A stretch of DNA of 64,000 nucleotides, from positions 2,976,001-3,040,000 of the forward strand of contig OZ281501.1 of the NCBI GenBank assembly GCA_965637545.1. The letters are read 5' to 3'. Positions 33,101 through 47,800 of this stretch are shown in pieces (position 1 is the stretch's first letter; every line of letters starts with the position of its first letter). The position numbers and the translations under genes are program-made. Source of the DNA: Phallusia mammillata (taxonomy: Eukaryota). Under the pieces are notes generated by a model that did not search any database, had not been told where the DNA came from, and saw only the letters and a program-made list of their open reading frames with translations.

Positions 33101-34760
33101 TAAATCACTGTTAATGGGAAACAATTACAAAATATCCAAATGAATACAAGAATTGTTATACCTTTTATAAGAAGCTCATTTCCATGGAGATTCTTCTTGT
33201 CTGTCAGAAGATGAGATCCTTCTTCCCAATGATATTGTGTAATGGGACTTGTCATTTGGAAACCAGATTCAGCCAACTCGATAGCAGGTTGCAATATTTC
33301 CTGAAGTGTTAACTTACCACTTCCAAACTTTTCCACGCAATCCACCCACCTTTATAGGGAAAAACAAATGCAATGTTTTTCTTTGACTATGACAATAGAA
33401 ACTGTTAAAACATAATGTTTTACACTTGTATCTTTTTTATGAGAATATTGTGGTGATTGCTATTGCTAGAACCAGTTTATTTTAGTGCAGCAATAAGTTG
33501 TGTAAATGTCAAGTTTCTTCTGAATCCGGTTAAGTTAGTTTTCAGGACTAGATAATTCATTTTTAAATGGCCACTTTACTCTGTTGTGATCCCCAGTCAC
33601 ACAGCGTGTGTTAACAATGGTGTAGATGAAATTTGTTTAGCCACAATCCACCAACTGGGGCCTTCACTAGTTTAACTTTTTACTGTTTTTATGTTGTGCA
33701 ACCATTTCCTGCTTTGTGTTTGCTATGTTTCTTTTACAAACCAAAAAACACCGAAACCAAAATAACTTTTAAGAGAAATTGTCTTTGTTGTTAATTGTAT
33801 TCCAAGCAACTGGTTTTAATTTTTATTTCCTACTTACCCAGCACATGCTCCAGGCACAGTTATGTTTAAAGGGCTAGAAACTGGTGGTTTATTTTCCTCA
33901 TTGTACCCCATCTTCTTCACCACATCTAAGGTTAAACTCTTTGGTGAACGACCACTTGCATTTAGTCCCTTCACAGTGTTACTTGCTTTGTGGTAAAACA
34001 AGCAAAATGCATCTCCACCTAAACCTACAAACAAAATGTTTGTTAAAGTTTATGTAAACTCTAAAAGTATACTGCAGTAGTTATTAGGGAAATAAATTGC
34101 AATACAATTGTATGAAAGTTCCAAATCATACATCAGTAAAATGTGATAGACTTCAGGTGGCAAACTCAACATGCAATAAAGTATATGCTAGCCTGTGCCC
34201 AAGATAAGGCTGGTTTGAAGCTGTTATACAAAACTAAAGTTTTTACTATTTAGTATTAAGTGGACACTTCGCTTTAGTATGAGGCGAAAATGTTGCAGCC
34301 AAAATAAACACAGTTCACCTAAAAGGTTATCTTTTTGCTTCATTTTTTATTTTAATTTTTTGGAGCAAGACCTTTCAAATTACTGCAATGACAATTTAGT
34401 TTTCTGTTCAGGTAAACACAAGTTCCTTTGACACATTTAAAACTTTCAACGCTACAAGGAAATGGCATTATTCACTCACAAATATTGGCAACAAAAACAA
34501 TGCTTGAATGGTAAAACTTTAATTGATTGACTTATTTAAATATATTTTATTTAACAGCCATTGTCATAAAAAAAGCAAAAGTATTTACCTGTGGAGCATG
34601 GTTCCAATAGGTTTAGAGCAGCAGCTACTGCGACAGCACTATCAGCTGCGTTTCCGCCTTTCTTTAATATTTTAACACCAATTTCTGTTGCAAGGACTTG
34701 ACTTGACGCAACACATCCTTTTTGGCATTTAAGAAGAGTTTTCGGTCCAAATGCATTCAT
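30165..34760 (-). CDS. ggt: Gamma-glutamyltranspeptidase / glutathione hydrolase, YwrD-type proenzyme (564 aa, 8 exons)
   Basis: Exons 34760-34589, 34024-33838, 33349-33162, 32737-32507, 31970-31832, 31599-31457, 31160-30850 and 30488-30165 (1695 nt, phases consistent). Motifs [35 protein letters not shown] (nucleophile Thr), [39 protein letters not shown]. Confidence 0.95.
30650..30681 (+). ncRNA. Minimal hammerhead-ribozyme-like motif in GGT intron 7 (antisense to gene)
   Basis: CTGATGA-T-GGC-(loop)-GCC-GAAAC-GTT, followed by AGTAAA. Confidence 0.45.
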
Positions 34761-35841
34761 TGCGGGCAATCAGTTAATTTACACGTTGTGTGGTACGCAA
34801 AGCCTAGTCAATAAAACTAGCAGTAACTGTTTGACAGACCACTGAAACTGCTAAAAGATTATGTACTGTCTGTCTGTCTGTCTCTGTAACTGCAAAGTGC
34901 AAACAGACCAAAAAATTCCGTGCATTCTTTGGGATTTTCCCGAATGGATAACCATATGTCAACAGCGCCATAAAAATCATATTTTTTATTTTACGCTTTT
35001 ATTATTACAAATTAGACATTAAAGAAAGTGATAAAAACGGAAAGTTACCCTTTGTTTGGAGGGTAAAAAGTTGGAAAAATAGATTTTTTTTCTGCTGCCT
35101 AAATTATATCTGCCTAATGACACCCGTTCCCGATTAGGCTAATAAAATTTTCGACATAAATTTTAGCGAATGCAAATTCAAATCTCAGCCGACCCTAAAA
35201 AGTCTGGCCGACTTACAGCTTTTGTTGAAGCTTGAAACAAGGCACTCCATTTCCCTAAAGAACTATCATATAGCCTGCATATGCACTTAATACGAAACAT
35301 AATTTAGTTTAAATTCAAGGCAACTTCCAATATTAAGTGTTGTGTATTCAAACAAAACAGTTCAATGTATAGCGTGAATGTTAATAAAAAACACTGGCGT
35401 TATAGTAAAGTTGCACACTGATTGAAAAACAAGAACAGACAATAGACGAAGTAGAACAAGAAATAAGAATATCCATAAGAGTAAGATAATATTGTGAAAA
35501 CACATTTTAGAGAAGTTGTAATAAAGAGAGATTTCAAATGGACTGTAGGGAATCAAAAAAGGATTAAAATTTGAATATTTTTCGTCAGCCAAAGTTATAG
35601 CACTCCATAAAAAGCATTTGAATAAAGTTTAAAAGACCCCTTAGGAAAAAAACAGCAGCACTAGTAACCAGAAATCAGTAGTGTTTTATAAAGCATCACA
35701 CAAAAAAGGCGGAAAAATAAATAAATGCATCAATTTCGAAAGACAAGCCAGCCTTTACACTAGATTCTAAACCTTCCACAAAACCAAGTACTGAACTAAG
35801 ATAGCAGCAAACTACAATTGCATACGTTAAAGGGAAAATGT

Positions 35842-38800
35842 TTAGATGAAAATCGAAGTATTGGCTTGTCCGTCAACTCTCTGGGCTTCGGCCTTAGCTT
35901 GGAACAGTTGCTGAACAAGGACTGACTTTTCGTGTTCGAGTTGAGAAATTTTCTCGCTCTGACGCGCCACCTCCTGGATAAAAATAACACAGATTAACAC
36001 ACACTTGGTGATGCTGTCGTGTCAGTCGTTCCAAGTTGCTTAAATTAGCGAACAGCTAAGCAAATTTAACTACTGCAACATATACCAATAACCAGTATAG
36101 GAGCCATAAAGGTATAAAAAACAGACAAGTTATGTCTTACAATTTGCGATATTTGCGACATAAAATTCTCTCCACGATAACAACAAATCTATCATCGGGA
36201 TCTAAGGAACCCAGAACATATTATAATCCAGCGCGAAATTCCAAGACAATTCCCAGCAAAAATATTGTGGAGAATCCAAAGTATTGTTTTGGATATTTCT
36301 TGGTTGTAAAATCATACAGCATGTAAAAAAATGGTTTTATTTACCCTTGTCAAAACATGGTTCTGCTCCCTCAAAGCCGACACAACAAGCGGATTTTCTG
36401 ATGAAACTTCGGTGGAATTGGAGTCTTTATTCTGAAACGGAAAAACGTAAGTTTGCAATAACCATATGTGCTATCTATTAAACACTAAAAAATATGCTAA
36501 AGCATGAATGACCGGTCATCTTGAACCTAGAATTTGTAATGATTTCCAAACCGACTTTAGCTTTACACCTAAGAAACTGTTTTATTCTGTAAGTTAATTC
36601 ATCTAACAATACACCGTAGTCGCGAATATAACGTGCACCATTTTCAAATAAGATCCAAAAGTTTTTTCCCGAAATATTTTCTGTAAAAAACCTTATATAA
36701 CTTAATACAGTCTTTCTCCATGCAGATTTTATTTGTCTTTTGTAATGTCCCTAAACCCTCTTAACAAACACCTTAAGTTTAAGCTAAAGCAAGTCAGGAA
36801 CCACTGCAGGACTCTAGAAAAACTGCGGTGAGCCCCATTACAGGTATGCAGTCTTGCTTTAGATCCGTTCTCCTATTAAGTCTATAGAACTAGACTCCAA
36901 AGTTCCACATAAACATACCTTGTTTCGTGACTCAGCTATTTCGTTCACTAGTTTCGTCAGTTGAGAAATCTTAGTCAGCATTTCGTCCAAACGACCTTGA
37001 GTGACCTCCATATCATTATCCACGCCCTGTGCTTGGCGTGGTTTAGCGTTGGCGGTCGACATCTGTCTCTGACGCTCCTGGACGCCGCACAGGCGGACTT
37101 GGAACCATTCCCGACCCCTATCCAGGGTGTCCATGCCCTGGAGAACCAGATCTTTTTCTTGCTCCAAAAGCTTCATGCATTTTAGCTAAAAAAATTGTAA
37201 AGTTTCAAGTTAGCTTATTTTGTGTACAGATGCAAGACCTCATTTTCCGGGTGCCGTGACGTTTTTAATGACGCCACAAAGATCATTTGTGACGCAGTGT
37301 TTGTGCTGTTTGGTTTGATTCAAGTTTGATGCAAGTACAAGATGTGTCTTTAAAACGGATATTATCGTTAGTGACGTTTAGTGTATGACGTCATAGCAGT
37401 TTTGTGTAGATTTTATACGTTTTAATATTTCATCTTTATGACTGAAAGGTGTACCTCATACATGCACTCTATAAACATCCTATAAAAACATGATTTTGAA
37501 TGTAACAGCTTACAAAAACACTATGTTTTACCACTTTGTCCAGAACAGATGACAGTAAACCACGATTAAACCGGATTCGTTTATCTAGATCTTATAATTC
37601 GGACAAAACTTGAGGTACAAATGTTTTGTAATGTGGTAAGGCTTTAACAAATCGACATCGGTTAATCCAAATCTGCGATTAATCCGGTTAATTTTTTTGG
37701 TCCAAACGGGTCCGGATTAACCGAAGTTTACTGTAGTTCAATCACGTAAAATTTCTATAACACAACAGTATCCATGGTTACTTAGCAGCAAGAATTAAAG
37801 TATTTACCACGCTGTAATCGATACCGTTGGTCACTGTGTGGCGCCGTGGATCTCTTCTCTTGCTCGCCGAAGTTCGTCGTCTTCCAACTGTTGCGTAATT
37901 TCCTTCGCCGGAAGTATTGGTTGGCTTGTTCTCTTGTGACGTCATAAACACTGATGAAAACACACCCAAAGTTAGATTGTTCGAACTATTAAAGTAACCA
38001 AATTTAGACATTTTAACAAGATATTCTGAAACAATATATTTGTGATCATATGCATCAATAAATATTCCATGACTATTTTATTTTAGTTTGTATGGTTATG
38101 GCGTATTTAATGATGTACGATATGCACATATACATATAATTACAGGTACAGTTTTATGGTATGATTGTTCACAAAGCTATTAGTAAAAAAGTAATTATTA
38201 GTGAATTCATTTCTTTACATATGTAATATTATTTAAGTAGGCGTACACGAATCTGCGCTGCATATTTGATACAGTGTTATAAACAGCGCAAAACCTAAAA
38301 AAACGTTGCAAAACTGTTTCATTTTCGTCTGAAGTCGCTGTTTGCATTTAGCCTACTTGCAGACAAAATAAGCCAAATTACAGCGGTTCAACACCAACAA
38401 TGCAAAACCAATTTTGGGGCCAGATTATCCAATTAAGGTTACGGAACTCAAGTTTGGCGGTTTTCGGACTAAAATAAAACTTCCAAATGCTAAAAATAGC
38501 GCAACAAACACAAAGGAAATAGCTTTGGTGCCTGACAGCACCTTCAACCTTTACCAATTGCAGTTTAATGAAACGTAACTGAGTTTTTAGTTTTTTACTG
38601 AAGAAACCCCATAGCACCGTGTATTGTGGAATTAGTGGTTTTGCTTAACATTTTTTTATAACCACAGGCTGACTTGGGTCCTTGTCCTTGAGTACAGCGC
38701 TGGGTTCGTGCACACCAAATGCGAACGTTTTCCGCTGAAGACAGACTTCCCTACTACATTTTTGGAGTAGCGCTAACGACATCTATAATTTTGCACAATT

Positions 38801-41800
38801 ACCAATAAGTTTAATAATTTTCATGTCAGAAATGATTTTATTATTGTTTTTAAAATAAATTGGTCTTCACAAAACGTAAAACATCTTGCTTTAACGCCGA
38901 TTCATACGTAAAGTTACAGCCCTTATTTCAATAAGGAACTGATTATTTTTTTGTCACAACTTTTTATGGACTTCATAATGATTGACGTTTTGGCCTTTAA
39001 GCCAGAGTTCAGTAGTTTAAGTTTAAGGTAAGTGATAGAATATTTAATTCTAAGGCATTAAACTTGCTGTAGCCACCTTTAGGAAAATGACTAATACAAT
39101 ACATTAGATAGAAATACAAATTCAACACTTTTATCTGATGGTAATTGAGTAAGCTGTATAAAATGTGTTTAAAATTTTGGTTTTCTGGCATTACTTTTCA
39201 ATTAATCACATCAGATATACAACAAGATAAATCCTAAAGGTTCTGTTGGACGTTTAATCTGCAGGTGACGTCATCACCGAATTCTTGTTCCCAGCATGAT
39301 TTGTCAACACACAAATTGAATTATTAGCCAAACTTGGTAATGTGTACAACAAGAATAAAACGTTTCGACAGTTGGTATTGTCATCGTTGTAATAACGTTT
39401 TACACACCTCAGATATTGTCTTGTATCTTTTAGCTGAGAATATTTAGAACTTTGAATTGTGCATGTACTAAAATGCTATTGTTTAAGAGGAACAGTATAC
39501 ACGGACTTAAAGAGTAATTTAATCATAAACATAACTGCCAAACCAAAGAATTGATGGTGACAACATTGATTGTTGAAACGTCTGCATAATGTATTCTATA
39601 TATACAAGTTCTTCGGCAGTTATGTTTATCATTAGGGTATTGTTTAAATTCGCGGCTTTCATTTCAAATTACAGAAAATATGAACATAGTAAACGTATTT
39701 ACCAAATAAAAACGTAAACTATTGATTACAACCAGTTTGAAATTCGAAAACAAACAATAGAGGCTGATCATACTCAAGTGGTACTACAATAAGACAACAA
39801 CTCAATTCGAGAACAGAAAACGAAACAAGCGACCGTTTGTGACGTAACAATGCACAATGATTCGACGAACAATCAACGAATTGGTCAAGAGGTTTCAATG
39901 ACAGATTAGGTAACTTGTTGTCGGGTAGTTAAAAGGTTGATTGATTACAAACGAGCTTTGGTCTCATTTGGGTGTGGTAAACAGAGAATCTTGCGTTATA
40001 TTCAACGCACAAGCGTTTGTAAAAGTCACAATTTTAACCCACGTGATATATTCGAAATTGATATTCGAATCCGACCGCTTAAAGCTGCGGATTACAAACA
40101 TTAGTTTAACGCTTGATGGCCACAGTAATGTTAGTATTTAAATTTAAGGTTATTCAATCAAACTGAAGGTACTTGTTTAGTTTTTCGTTAAACAGTCCTT
40201 TGGAATTTAACAACGCATACAAAGTACATGAGCTATACAATGTCCACTACTATGACTAAGAGAACAGTTTAAAACCTCTGAAAGAATATAGTTTGTAATT
40301 TTTTGTTCGCAAAACAACACAAAAAATCGAACAGCTAGGATTGCCAAAATTTTTGCGCCAACATCTCTTTTGTCTTGAATAATTTCCATAAGACAGAAAC
40401 AATATCAGTAATTAATCATCATAATTACCGTGTTATCTTGTAAACTTCAAAATAACGAAACCATAACACTAAAGAGCCGCACAAACCAGAACTCGGGCGA
40501 AACTTGGAAAATACGATTTACGCGGAAATCTTGCGTTGCCAGTTAATTGTTTATTGTGTAAGCTTCTGTAACAATAATTGTCGATTTGCCAAACAAAGGC
40601 ACTTGTAACAGCGGTTTAGGTGATTTACGTGCTTAGCTAAGGAGAAATGATTTTGGACGACAGCGGTTTTATATCGTACACCAGAATCTATCTCTCACAA
40701 AAACGCGCCAGAAAGTTTGTATTGTTGATTACAAGTTTCAATTATAAAGTAATATACATGTTAAAAGCGTTTAGCATAGAAGCTCAAATTGTCACACCAT
40801 TGTGGTAATAGATCATCAGTCCGTTTTACATTTTGCCAGATCAAGGGTAATAATTTTACTAACGGACCGGTTAAAGTCAATTCACTATTTCGCACAAATA
40901 ACAAATGCTAGGTGCATGCAAATATAATGCAACTAATTAGTCATCGACGCTGTCTAAGTAAGACAGGGGTGGCCAAACTTTTTTACCAGAGGGCCAAATT
41001 TGCAACTGTCTTGCCACTGGAGGGCCAGATTAAATGAGATTTACTTAAATTTGTCGTAACTGCTTGCCATCTTTATTAAAATATATATTATCGCAGTAGA
41101 ATAACAATAAATAACACCATCTTGTTTACACTTGTATTTAATGAACGGGCATTTATTCTAAAATAACAACGCTTGCCACAAGCTACTGCTATAGTAGCAG
41201 CCAGCGCTGTTGCACTGCCTGTTCACAGTGGTAAATATGGTGCTTGGAAAAAAAACAGGCAAGGTGTTTGGCGGGCCGGATGAACCAGGACTGGGGGCCG
41301 GATGCGGCCCGTAGTTTGGCCACCACTGAAGTAAGAGTAATAGGCATGCGGTTGTTTTGTCGCGATAAGGTATTCTTATACACCTTATGATGATATTATA
41401 GTCAATGGCCCTATGTGTTTCATATGACCAGCCCAAATAAATGTTATTGTTTCTGTTCGACCCAGTATCCTTTACGGAAGTCAGGAGGTGAAAACCTGTT
41501 GTGTGTTAAACCCTGAGCTAAATCAAGCAACTAACGCTTTAGGAACGCGGTAAACGGGTTCGCAGAAATACCTAAGTTGAAAAACAACAGGCAATATCTT
41601 TACTGCAGACATGGATATTCATACATGTACACTGCGTTCGTTTGAAAAAAAAAACTGATGTTGCGCATTTAAAGCCAGTTGCTTGGCAAGTAATGTTTAA
41701 AATGCCATGACAAAGTCTAGCATTGTAATAATTCAAGAAAACACCAAAATTGAAACACATACGTCCATTCAACAACCAACCAAAATGTAACTGTGCTTAG

Positions 41801-44800
41801 ATCTAATGAAGTTAGTCGTAAAATTGGCAGGTTTAAAATTTTAAGGGTAGTGTTTTAGATATTTTGTAACAGGGTAATTTGAGTGGAAAGTAAAAAAATC
41901 CGACAAAAAACGGCGCTGTGCATGGTCAGTGAAGCATGACGTGCATTTTTATCAAACTATTTGAGGGTTTTTGTTTGCAGTTGTGTGGAGAAAGGCCTTC
42001 GCTATGCGGATGGAATTCAACAAATTTGCACCTTTGCTAACGTGATATTACGGTATCTAGAGGTATAGAGGTGTAATATAACAAGATTTTATACCGTTTT
42101 CGTAAACCAATTTTGTCAGGTTACGGCCAAAATTAACTACACTATTTTGGAAACTTTACAAGCTAAAAAAGTTGTCAATAAGTTACAATTCGCTGCACGG
42201 AGCCCGTTTGTAAACCCGCTTAACAAGCATAAAGGGAAGTGTAACAAGAAATAAGCCTTTAGTGTTTAACGCAAAAGAATAACATCAAAATATGAGAAAC
42301 CTTCATTTGCGTTCCAGGTGCGAAAAGTTACCACAAAAATGTCACGACCCTTGTAGAGTTAGATTACGCAAAGATGCACTTTTATGACGTTTTTGTGACG
42401 ACAGAAAGCACGCGCATGTCATATCAAACCAATTATGTGATAAAATTTCAACACCCAAAAATGTAAACCGATTTGTCTAACATCCTTATACGGTGCATAT
42501 ACAGGAACATGCATTCTACAGCAAATGGTGTTTACGTACCTGCTCTTGTAACAACAATACGATAATTTAGAAATGTTTAGATGGCAAAAAAATTATTTTT
42601 GAAAAACGTTATCAAGAACATATTGGCCTAAATGTACATCTATATCACATATGCATTTTCCGAAGCATTTTTAAATATACCATGACGCTTCTACGCCTAC
42701 TCAGACATAAACATATTATATTTCTAATAAAGGCTGGAAAGCGAGGGCAAAAAACGGAGAAATTTCAAGAAAGTTCAAAACATAAGAGTGCAAAAACACT
42801 GGTAAACCTTTTTTGTGCAATTCAGATCAATCTAACTACTTTAACACTATAAACAGATTGCAAAAACGGGGATGTAAAAACGATCAAATTACACAGGTAA
42901 GGAATGTTGGACAGACAACAAGAACTCGAACAACCCGATCATCGTTGCCAAATAAGTGGAAAGACGCACATACAGGGATTTGCAGACAAATCGATAAGAG
43001 ACGAGTGATTCACACTTGGCTAGGTAAGATCCGACTGATTTGGGTTTGTGGTGTTTTAAGATACCGGGGTTTAATTTGTAAAGAGTTGTTATAGTCGGGC
43101 CGAGTTGGGCTTGATGAGCTTCAATAAAACGGGATTGATTCGGGCCTGATTATACACCAGGCATCATTTTGCGGTTTTGATTTTTTTTCCGGGTTTCGGG
43201 CTGGGTTCGGGCCCAAATTTTAGTTCAACAATTTTGGTGTTAATGCCCATTGTAGATTGTTTCCGAATTGAACGTAAACGACGCATTTTTGGCAAATCAT
43301 AGTGTTTTTATCACATGAAATTTGACAGTGATTTGTTTGCACGATTTAATCAATTAAGCAAAAATAACATGAATGACACAAAATCAACCTTGCTACGTTC
43401 TGCATCTTTAATATAGTACAGGTATATGAGAACGTAGTAGCTAGTAGGGCAATCAAGAAATTGCTGGGCGCTGCGTTTTTACGAGTTGTCACTCAGACAC
43501 AGCTGCAGGTATTCGCGTATGGATTTAGCAAATGTGTAGATTTATCACAATTATTTAAGACAATCTTTAAACCACACACCTGGTTTTGACGACGAGTGAC
43601 CGAACGGTTGTAAAGTCGATAATAAACATGATAATGTCTACTACTGTAAATATGTGCACCGAGTTTATGGGTCATAAACCAAAGTGTTGGTTTTTAAATG
43701 TGTAAAAACTGGCCAGTTGCAGAAACCTGTCATACTCAAATTGGCCATAAAAGAGGTTATGTCAGAAATGATATTGTCAAACATCAAAATTGTGCCAATT
43801 TTGTGTACATTTTTGCACGTTGTATAACATAAGAGACAGCAATGTTTTTGATATAATACTTGATCAACTAAAATTCGTATTTTAAGTCAAAACGAATGGA
43901 ATTATATAACCTATTAAAATCATCAAACCAATAACACACCAAACTGTCCAAACCAGTGTCAATTAAAAAAGAAGAAATGAAAAAACAAAGTTAACCAAGA
44001 AAAACACATTTCATTTCCAACACAGGCCCCTTTAAAATATATGGGCACATCCCAAAACTGAATTTTGAAGTGCATGAATTTTAATTAAGACGAGTTCTTG
44101 GAAGTTGTGTAAAGGAAAGGTCCACGTAACTTGCGTTATTTTGGCGAAGAAAACTGTGTGTATGTTATGTGGTTGCCTTATACCTTTATCCTCTGCACTG
44201 GTAACACACGTAATGAGAAACGCACTTTACCGTGGTAATGACCACTTTACGTAATAACAAGTTATGCAACCAATGCAGAACATGCAGCATCAATGCACAC
44301 GCGCAAATTATACATTAAAAATATACATAAAAGTTCTAAATACATTATTTTTGCAACTGTGACATTTTAAAACAATTAGTTTTTTGAACATAGAACTAGA
44401 CTAGACATATATAAAACCCTTCCCAAAACAAATATTATAATAAACAGACCATAAAGTTTTCTTGTGTTTATGTTTGCCTATATACAGGAAATTGCCTTAA
44501 CACTAAGTCACTCCGTTGAAAGTGGTACCTTATGCCAATTCAAAGACTTTTAATGGACCAAATCGCGTACTGGGTTTAACTTACATGTTCAGCACTGTTT
44601 ATATTGTCGTTCTAAGCCGTAACATTCATTTAAGCATAACGCGGTTTTGGGGTTGCGTCACAGAACATGACGTCATGTATTTCGTGACTATGATACAACC
44701 AGAGTAGTGGGACCAACCATGACGTCAATAGCAGGTTGCAAGTAAATTAATTTAACATGATTCATAACACTAATTAAGTTAAGCTGGCAGCAATGCTTTG

Positions 44801-47800
44801 AGTAAGAATGAGGGAAATTGTTACGCAAGCACTGTAGCGGTTTTGGAACCACAAAGCCAGGGTTAAAGGTCGTAATGCTTACGCTGCGTTTTCAACAACA
44901 TGAACGCCTGTCTAAACACGACAACACAAACCACGTCAAAGGTATGGGATTATCAGTTTCAAGTTCCAAAGCAAACTCCACATAACATTGTACCTTACAC
45001 GTTATTACATAATTTGCACCATTTGCCGATAAACCAACCATTAAAGAACCAATATGTAGATAAAACATCCGTTTTATTAAACATGTTTCGAATTTTATGT
45101 TGTGGCCCCAGTTTTGTGCATGGTGACGTCATGGTCATTACGTAACACGTGTAACTGGGATTTGACTTCTAAAATATTTCCCCAAAAACTAAGACATCTA
45201 CATTCAAATGGACTTGCATACATTTCATTGCAAACAATCGCTGTGGTTAATGGTTTTTCAGTTTCTTGGCATTTTTTATTCAGCAAGCCCGTTTTAAAGT
45301 CCGTGTTCATTATTCCCTCGTTAATCAAGCAGTTATGTCGTAACCCTGTAATTCGTTGCGATACACAAAACTAATAATAACAAAAGCACAGTCCTACCTG
45401 TTGCATGAGCAGTTGACTTTCCTGAACTTGTTTGATTAAAAGTATTTTGGGTTCCTTGGCCTTCTGGGCTTGTGCTTTTAGGTCTGTTAGTCAATTCTAC
45501 TTGCTTTCGAACAACCGGTGTAACGTGACAATCACGGGCTTCTGGGCTTAATGGCCGCCTTATAGCTTTATGTGAAGATCTGTCTGGTGGTGAAGCGCTA
45601 TTACATCTGCGACCTGCACCATCGCTCCCCGCATGTTCATTTGTGTTATCAGGTGATTTTGGTTGGTGACGCAGAACTCGTTTGTGAGAGTCGTCCCCGC
45701 TCCTGCAAGCCACAAAGATTGGTTGTTTAAACAGGCAAATTAATTCAAAAGTATATGCATAGCTCAAAAGTATAAGCATAGGAGTACATGTGTATGCGAT
45801 TAGGTGGTGTTTCCAAATGAAAAGCTTTCTCTGGGGTATAAAACGTTTGGTTAGCACCAAAGGTTTGGGCCTAATACGCACAAAAAAGGTTAGAAACCTG
45901 TTTCAAGATGGTTTATAGTGGCAAAAACTAACAAATATAGTTGTTTTCGGCAATTTGGGCCTGAACAGATTCAAAAGTAGTTGTAATAGTACGCTTTAAA
46001 TTGTCTACATGATTTAAACGACAAATTTAATACTTACTCTCCAGCGCTCGCGTATTGCTGCAACAAGGTAGGTGACGGACTTTTCTTCTTATGAAATCTT
46101 AAACTGTTCTTCTGTCGGTACGCGTCAAAATCAGTAGGACTGAAACACGACTCTGAGGCAGATGACACTGTTGACTTTGTAGACATAGCAGGCCGGCGCA
46201 AACTTCCATAATGATTAGGTATAGCTGCTGCCGACTTGGCTCTTTGTAATGTCCCAGTTATACCTATGTATTTTCCAGACAAACCAATTGGTTTATTAAG
46301 GCTGGTTTGATTGTCAGTGCTTATAAAAAGTGTGTTGGCTGTTACAAGGTCAAGATCGCTTTTCTCAGACAGCTGCGAAGACTGATCAGTGTTCGGTGAA
46401 TTCGAAAGACTTTTCTCTTTTTCGAAACTTGACTTATCCGAAGTAGGCTCAGACTTAAGGCTGAGTGATGACTTGTCGCCTGATGAGTCGTACTTTATTT
46501 CGTCGAATTCCTTGCTTAAATCAGGTTTTGTATAATCGTCGTTTTCTTTGTCTGAAGATTCTGACTTGACAGGTTGTGCAGAGAATTTAGTGGCGTATCC
46601 CATCTTAGTGATTTTCCCTTCTTCTCTGCTCCCCATATCTCCTGGCCATACGGTGCGTTTTGGACTCGGCAAAACCTAAAGTAAAATGATTTGTGTCACA
46701 TTATACAAGATTTGAAAAGAATTTATGCAACAATTTCCATAACACAGGCCAACAATGCATGGTGACGTACACAAACAAACTGTTAAATGTACTAAATGCA
46801 TGAACATGCGAGCCAACTTTTAAATTGAGACAAAATCTCTTTTGACAAAAGCGGTTACGTATGACCTGCTTGTTGTGCCCGTCTCGGCGCTGTCGATGGG
46901 ATAAAATCTAAGTTCTATAAATACTTTGTAACCAGACACACTGCGTGCCTGGAACCTGTCGTCAGCGAAGAAGAGATTATTTCCCGTTGTGGATGTGAGA
47001 ATGTTACAAAGGTTATTAGGTGTTTGGGGTGGGGTTCAAATTTGGGTTGCAACAAATGTTGGTAAACGGTTGCGTTCAAAGTAAATTAAAATTAGATATT
47101 GTAACATAATTATCAATACTAATAAGAAAATTACATAGATTTATAACAGCGGTTCCCAAACTGGGGTCCGCGGTCCTTTAGGGGTCCGTGAGGCCATTTT
47201 GGGGGGACCGCGAAGCGATTGAAGTAATTCTATAATCTTATTTGGCGTCAGTTTGTGCCACTAAATAAGTTTAAATCAAAGTAGAATTGAGAATCAACTG
47301 TCTTCATTGCTTAACAATAGCCTTTATTGAATGACAACTAACAAAAATGTAATTGTTCGCGCACAATTGTAGTGCATTTGTCTTGTCTGTGATGTCAAAA
47401 GCTGTGTTTGGATGACTTTTATGCGCAATTTTGCATAACTAGCTAAAATCCTGAAATCAACAGTCGTTTTTATGAAATACATATCTAGGCTCAAGGACAG
47501 CGAGCCCTCAAAATAATGGCAAAGGGACCGTTTTGAAAAAAATATGAAAAAGTTTGGAAACCGCTGATTTATAAGGCTCATGCAATTTAAGCGATGCTTT
47601 TTTCTAACGATCCAGAAAACAGATAATTAACAATGCTAGAAAACATGCAAAACCGGCCGAATCGTCCACTTTGAACTCACGTACCTTAGCTGTTGAAATA
47701 GGGCCACTGTTTGACCTGCGGTGGCCCTTGAAGGCACGACCGCTGGATCTGTTTTGATGATAGAGGTCGTTGCTTGGAAAACCGCCAGATTTTTGCGCTT

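Noticed and set aside
34931-34941. NF-kB-like GGGATTTTCC upstream of GGT
   Set aside because: A single degenerate 10-mer is expected by chance in 64 kb.
34760-35842. SAPCD2-GGT operon or SL trans-spliced polycistron
   Set aside because: Same strand, but a ~1.1-kb gap and no clear acceptor abutting a poly(A) site; cannot be supported from sequence alone.
36780-36845. Plus-strand exon-like stretch (ASQEPLQDSRKTAVSPIT|GTATGC) inside a SAPCD2 intron
   Set aside because: No acceptor or partner exons; the SAPCD2 model is complete without it.
39355-39395. Fourth hammerhead-like motif (minus strand ACGATGACA...TGTCGAAACGTTT)
   Set aside because: Lacks the invariant CUGA core.
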